Assembly (NCBI GenBank): GCA_964601355.1
Contig: CAZRNB010000001.1
Coordinates: 825-64,824 of the forward strand
Direction: 5' to 3'
DNA: 64,000 nt
Origin: an uncultured Pirellulales bacterium
Lineage (GTDB): Bacteria > Planctomycetota > Phycisphaerae > Sedimentisphaerales > Anaerobacaceae
Part shown: piece by piece, positions 60,811 to 64,000 of the stretch
Layout: every line of letters starts with the position of its first letter
How positions within the stretch are numbered: the stretch's first letter is position 1
Position numbers and translations under genes: made by a program
Notes under the pieces: generated by a model
Seen by the model: only the letters and a program-made list of their open reading frames with translations
Database searches by the model: none
Told to the model about the DNA's origin: nothing

Positions 60811-62862
60811 CTATTTCTCTACCGTTATACGCATACTTTTTCTATCGGCTACGATTGTGCCTGTTCTTACACTTTTTTCGAGCCATTGTGGATAGGGCTG
60901 GATTCTTAATGCTCTTATATCATCCTGCATGACAAGCGTTTTTGTCGCCGGCAAATCAGGAAGCTCAGACCTTTCTACTGCTATGCCGCTGGGCGGTAAA
61001 ACTAAAAGGCAGTACAATTTATCTCTATTGATGCTTAAAACATCGTTCAATGCCTCAATCAGACTCGTCATATCATACGCGATAAATCTATACGGGACGG
61101 TTTTCCGCAGATGCTGTTCATATTCGGACGAGCCTAATACAATCAATTCGTATTTCCCGGGATTGAGACCTTCGGGTATTTTCAGGCTGAACTGATATTT
61201 TTTCTTTTCTGAGAGGTACGATTCGAGAACGACGTCCACCTGGATTTGATGCCCAGGCTTAATACTCGAATCAGACAAATCGACCGACCATATATAAGAG
61301 GCGATGTTTTTCGGCAGGATGCGGATATCGAAATCAAGTGATGTTATATCAACTTCCTCAAAGGGATTGTTCATTAGCAGAAGCACGGAACCTTTACTTT
61401 CGGCTATCATTTCAGCCGTAGATAGTCCTGTGGATATATTTTCAAAATTGATCCCTATTTGTTGGGATTTGTCTTTCAGGCCGATACTTACCTTGTATTC
61501 AATCGTATGGTCCGGCGGAAAGCTGCCGAGGGACATAACTGCTCCAGACACGGTTGCATGGAGCAGCTCAGGAGTAAGCAATCGATTGTTGGCGAGCCGG
61601 CAGTTAAAACTTGCATCCCGTCGAAATCGGCTTTGCTCCCGTCCAGACAATCGGCCTGGCTGCTCTTGTGTGTTAAAACGGCTCACTTTTATCGTCAGCG
61701 GTATCATCTGCGGCGTTGCACCGATTTGCCCGAAAATCGCTGTTGGTTCGTCGGTTGTCAAGGCGCCGACTATTTCCATGCTGCTACCGAGCTTAAAAGA
61801 ACGAGCCAGATTTGATACAATGGTATGCACTTGGCCGGTGGCCATTGGCAAATCTATCGCTCCATAACCAAGCAGGCTGTGGCCAAAACCATAGACCTTA
61901 TCTCCCACAATCTCAGTGACGGTCCCAAGCACAGTCGATGTTATATCACCATCGACTAACGGCACCGTAAGAACTGCACCCGGGGTTAGCTGCACCTTTT
62001 GAGTATTGTTGGCATCCGAATTGCCTCCAATGCCCGAAACAGCCATAAGCCCGTAAGGCTCAAGCAAGGCCTCGAATTGTTTACAGGCATCAGGCGGCAG
62101 GCCGGAAATAATTAACGGGCACGGCAGCCATCCCAGCGCCGAAAGGTGTCCTGCGGAGCTGGATGCTGGATGCTGGATGCTGGATGCTGAATGCTCGACG
62201 AGAATCGAGCGTCGAGAATTGAGCATCGAGTTAATTTCAGCAAAATCGATCGGCTTGGAAAAATCGAGCGCAAATCCCATTTTGTTGGATTTCAAATCGT
62301 TGGCACTGCCTACTTTGAGCATTTCTTTAATCGGCGTAACGCCGTAAAGCGGGTCTTTGCTGAGTGTCCAGGCGAAAGACATCGCCCCGGCCAGCCGGCC
62401 TTCAATATAGACCGGCGAGCCGCTGCACCCGGCTACGGGACCTGTGTAAATAAAACGCTTATCTGTGCCTTGAACCAAAATCGCATCTCGACCCGGCTCA
62501 ATATTGTGCACCACACTTATAACATCCAAATCGAACTTCTCGATTTTGGTGCCGCTGTAACAGGTAAGACAATATGCCTTCATCCCAGGAGTAATCTCAT
62601 CAATGCTTATATATTTGGCTGGATCCCAAAGGTCTTTTGCAGAGCTTTTGCTGGGTGGGGCCGTATCTGGCGCAGCATTTTTTCCCACCTGCTGAGCGGA
62701 TTCACAAAGAGAGTCAGCTAAAAGCAGAAGACAGAAGACAAAAGCCGGAAAACAGAGGACAGAGGACGGAGAACGGAAATTCTGCCTTCTGTCTTCCGTC
62801 TTCTGTCTTCTATATTCTGTATTCTTTTTTTGCCCTTTTGCCCTTGTTTTTATTATGAACAT
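60811..62862 (-). CDS. secreted SpoIVB/S55-like serine peptidase-domain protein
   Basis: GCSGSPVYIEGRLAGAMSFAW (GxSGSP serine motif) and GTVTEIVGDKVYGFGHSLLGYG resemble peptidase S55. The N-terminal signal peptide is encoded by the family F repeat. Confidence 0.55.
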   Translation of the reverse strand: MFIIKTRAKGQKKNTEYRRQKTEDRRQNFRSPSSVLCFPAFVFCLLLLADSLCESAQQVGKNAAPDTAPPSKSSAKDLWDPAKYISIDEITPGMKAYCLTCYSGTKIEKFDLDVISVVHNIEPGRDAILVQGTDKRFIYTGPVAGCSGSPVYIEGRLAGAMSFAWTLSKDPLYGVTPIKEMLKVGSANDLKSNKMGFALDFSKPIDFAEINSMLNSRRSILVEHSASSIQHPASSSAGHLSALGWLPCPLIISGLPPDACKQFEALLEPYGLMAVSGIGGNSDANNTQKVQLTPGAVLTVPLVDGDITSTVLGTVTEIVGDKVYGFGHSLLGYGAIDLPMATGQVHTIVSNLARSFKLGSSMEIVGALTTDEPTAIFGQIGATPQMIPLTIKVSRFNTQEQPGRLSGREQSRFRRDASFNCRLANNRLLTPELLHATVSGAVMSLGSFPPDHTIEYKVSIGLKDKSQQIGINFENISTGLSTAEMIAESKGSVLLLMNNPFEEVDITSLDFDIRILPKNIASYIWSVDLSDSSIKPGHQIQVDVVLESYLSEKKKYQFSLKIPEGLNPGKYELIVLGSSEYEQHLRKTVPYRFIAYDMTSLIEALNDVLSINRDKLYCLLVLPPSGIAVERSELPDLPATKTLVMQDDIRALRIQPYPQWLEKSVRTGTIVADRKSMRITVEK
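62137..62230. repeat. 22-nt core followed by about ten 7-mers (CTGGATG x3, degenerating to CTCGACG/AGAATCG/AGCATCG), in-frame
   Basis: CGCCGAAAGGTGTCCTGCGGAG-ctggatgctggatgctggatgctgaatgctcgacgagaatcgagcgtcgagaattgagcatcgag encodes SRRSILVEHSASSIQHPASSSAGHLSALG. Confidence 0.85.
62724..62826. repeat. long family F hairpin inside the 5' end of the S55-like ORF
   Basis: Left arm gcagaagacagaagacaaaagccggaaaacagaggacagaggacggagaacggaa, right arm ttctgccttctgtcttccgtcttctgtcttctatattctgtattc. gaagacagaagac and gtcttctgtcttc are perfectly complementary. Confidence 0.85.
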
Positions 62863-63024
62863 CTACACCCTTTCGATTATTTATTGAATAAGATTTTAAT
62901 AGTTGAATATCTTCATTGCAAGGCTAAAGAAATTTTGATAAAATGCGGACCTGGTTGTATAGTGGAACAATGATAAATGATAAATAAGGATAAAAGGGAA
63001 CCAGAATAAAAAACGGAGAATATA

Positions 63025-63870
63025 ATGAAATCTGGGCATAGACATGAGCTTAAAACAAATGAATTAGCCGAGTGGATGTCAAATTTTCCAGAATGGATCA
63101 AAGAAAATCGCATAACAATTATCAGCTTATTGTTGGTTGTTGTTGTGGCCGGTATTCTGTCCGTCTGGAGAAATCAAAACAGAAAAGTCACTATCAAAAG
63201 ACAGCTCGAGTTTACAGGTTATTTGAGCCAGTTGTTAGGCGGCAGGGCGCAAATTATGAGCTCTCAAGCCCAGGGTAAAGACCTTTCATACATACTGCTG
63301 CAGCCGGCCAATAGTCTGGCGAATTTTGCTCAAACTGTAAAAGACAGCCGGATGTCCGCTTTTGCGCTTATTAAACGAGCGGAAGCTCTGCGAGCCGAGT
63401 TACATTACCGACTCGGCCCGGTAAATGAGCAGGATTTTGCAGCTCAGATAAGTCTGGCGAAAGACAGCTACAATGAAGCAATTAAAAAAGCTGGTTCCGA
63501 TCCTTCACTGATGGCAGAGGCAAAATTCGGCCTGGGACTATGTGAGGAAGAGCTGGGCAATTTTGAGGCTGCCCGGCAGATATATCAAGACGTGGCGGCC
63601 AATCCCGATTTTGAAGGCACAGTAGCTAAAACCGCTGCAAAGCAGCGCCTTGTGACAATGGCTGATTATAAGACAAAGATTATCTTTATGCCATCTGCCA
63701 AACCAAAACCTCCGGCTGCTATACAGCCGAAGATAGAATTAAAACCCGTTGACATCAATAGTCTGCCGGACGGCGTAAAGAAATCGCTTCAGTCCGCAGG
63801 ACGCCTTCCGGCGGACCCGAATAGAATTCGTAACGTTCCCGTCATAAATATCGAACCAAACCTGCGGTGA
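63025..63870 (+). CDS. membrane-anchored TPR-like protein (YfgM-like architecture)
   Basis: N-terminal KTNELAEW...ITIISLLLVVVVAGILSVW anchor, helical TPR-like body and a Pro-rich tail. Confidence 0.55.
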   Translation: MKSGHRHELKTNELAEWMSNFPEWIKENRITIISLLLVVVVAGILSVWRNQNRKVTIKRQLEFTGYLSQLLGGRAQIMSSQAQGKDLSYILLQPANSLANFAQTVKDSRMSAFALIKRAEALRAELHYRLGPVNEQDFAAQISLAKDSYNEAIKKAGSDPSLMAEAKFGLGLCEEELGNFEAARQIYQDVAANPDFEGTVAKTAAKQRLVTMADYKTKIIFMPSAKPKPPAAIQPKIELKPVDINSLPDGVKKSLQSAGRLPADPNRIRNVPVINIEPNLR

Positions 63871-64000
63871 AACCGCAGGCTAAATCCGCCAAAGGCGGAT
63901 AAATATTTAGCCCCACGTTTCACGTGGGGTTCATATGCAAAGCAAAATGTGCGAGTCGCCGGATACCACAGCGCCGAAAGGTGTCCTCCGAAAGGAGTCC
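63861..64000. repeat. cluster of at least five short stem-loops, including a core copy
   Basis: cctgcgg-tgaaa-ccgcagg (spans the stop codon), atccgcc-aaa-ggcggat, ccccacg-tttca-cgtgggg, then ggataccacagCGCCGAAAGGTGTCCTccgaaaggag, with cgcc-GAAA-ggtg and ctcc-GAAA-ggag tetraloop hairpins. Confidence 0.7.

Overview
This is a 64-kb chromosomal segment from a diderm bacterium. LolCDE-like, LptD-like and PilT genes, plus the repeat style, suggest a Planctomycetota/PVC-like lineage, but I cannot verify that without a search. I count about 50 protein genes, mostly housekeeping: dapF, lepA, hemW, clpX, rarA, ilvE, lolD plus two FtsX-type permeases, lysS, fba, pilT, smc, an M16 peptidase pair, azoR, murE and a class-I fumarase alpha subunit.

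Other content:
- a two-component pair (HTH-REC regulator and HDOD histidine kinase)
- a four-gene putative acid-sugar catabolic cluster (DapA-family lyase, PdxA-family, DUF1537-type kinase, SSS transporter)
- a higBA toxin-antitoxin pair
- two or three small AT-rich accessory islets

I saw no rRNA, tRNA, CRISPR array, transposase, integrase or reverse transcriptase.

The most unusual signal is not a gene cluster. It is a dense population of modular short repeat elements. They are hairpins whose arms are tandem 7-nt (sometimes 9-10-nt) units, often combined with a conserved 22-nt core, CTCCGCAGGACACCTTTCGGCG. These elements sit after almost every gene as intercistronic punctuation. They are also inserted in-frame inside intact housekeeping ORFs:
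- murE, four times
- lysS, dapF, pdxA and the fumarase alpha subunit
- the S41 and S55 peptidases, an L,D-transpeptidase and a beta-propeller protein

The same nucleotide core is translated in five different reading frames in different proteins. In one case the two complementary arms of a hairpin encode the charged n-region and the hydrophobic h-region of a signal peptide.

All functional calls come from motif recognition by eye on the supplied translations. No database search was run.
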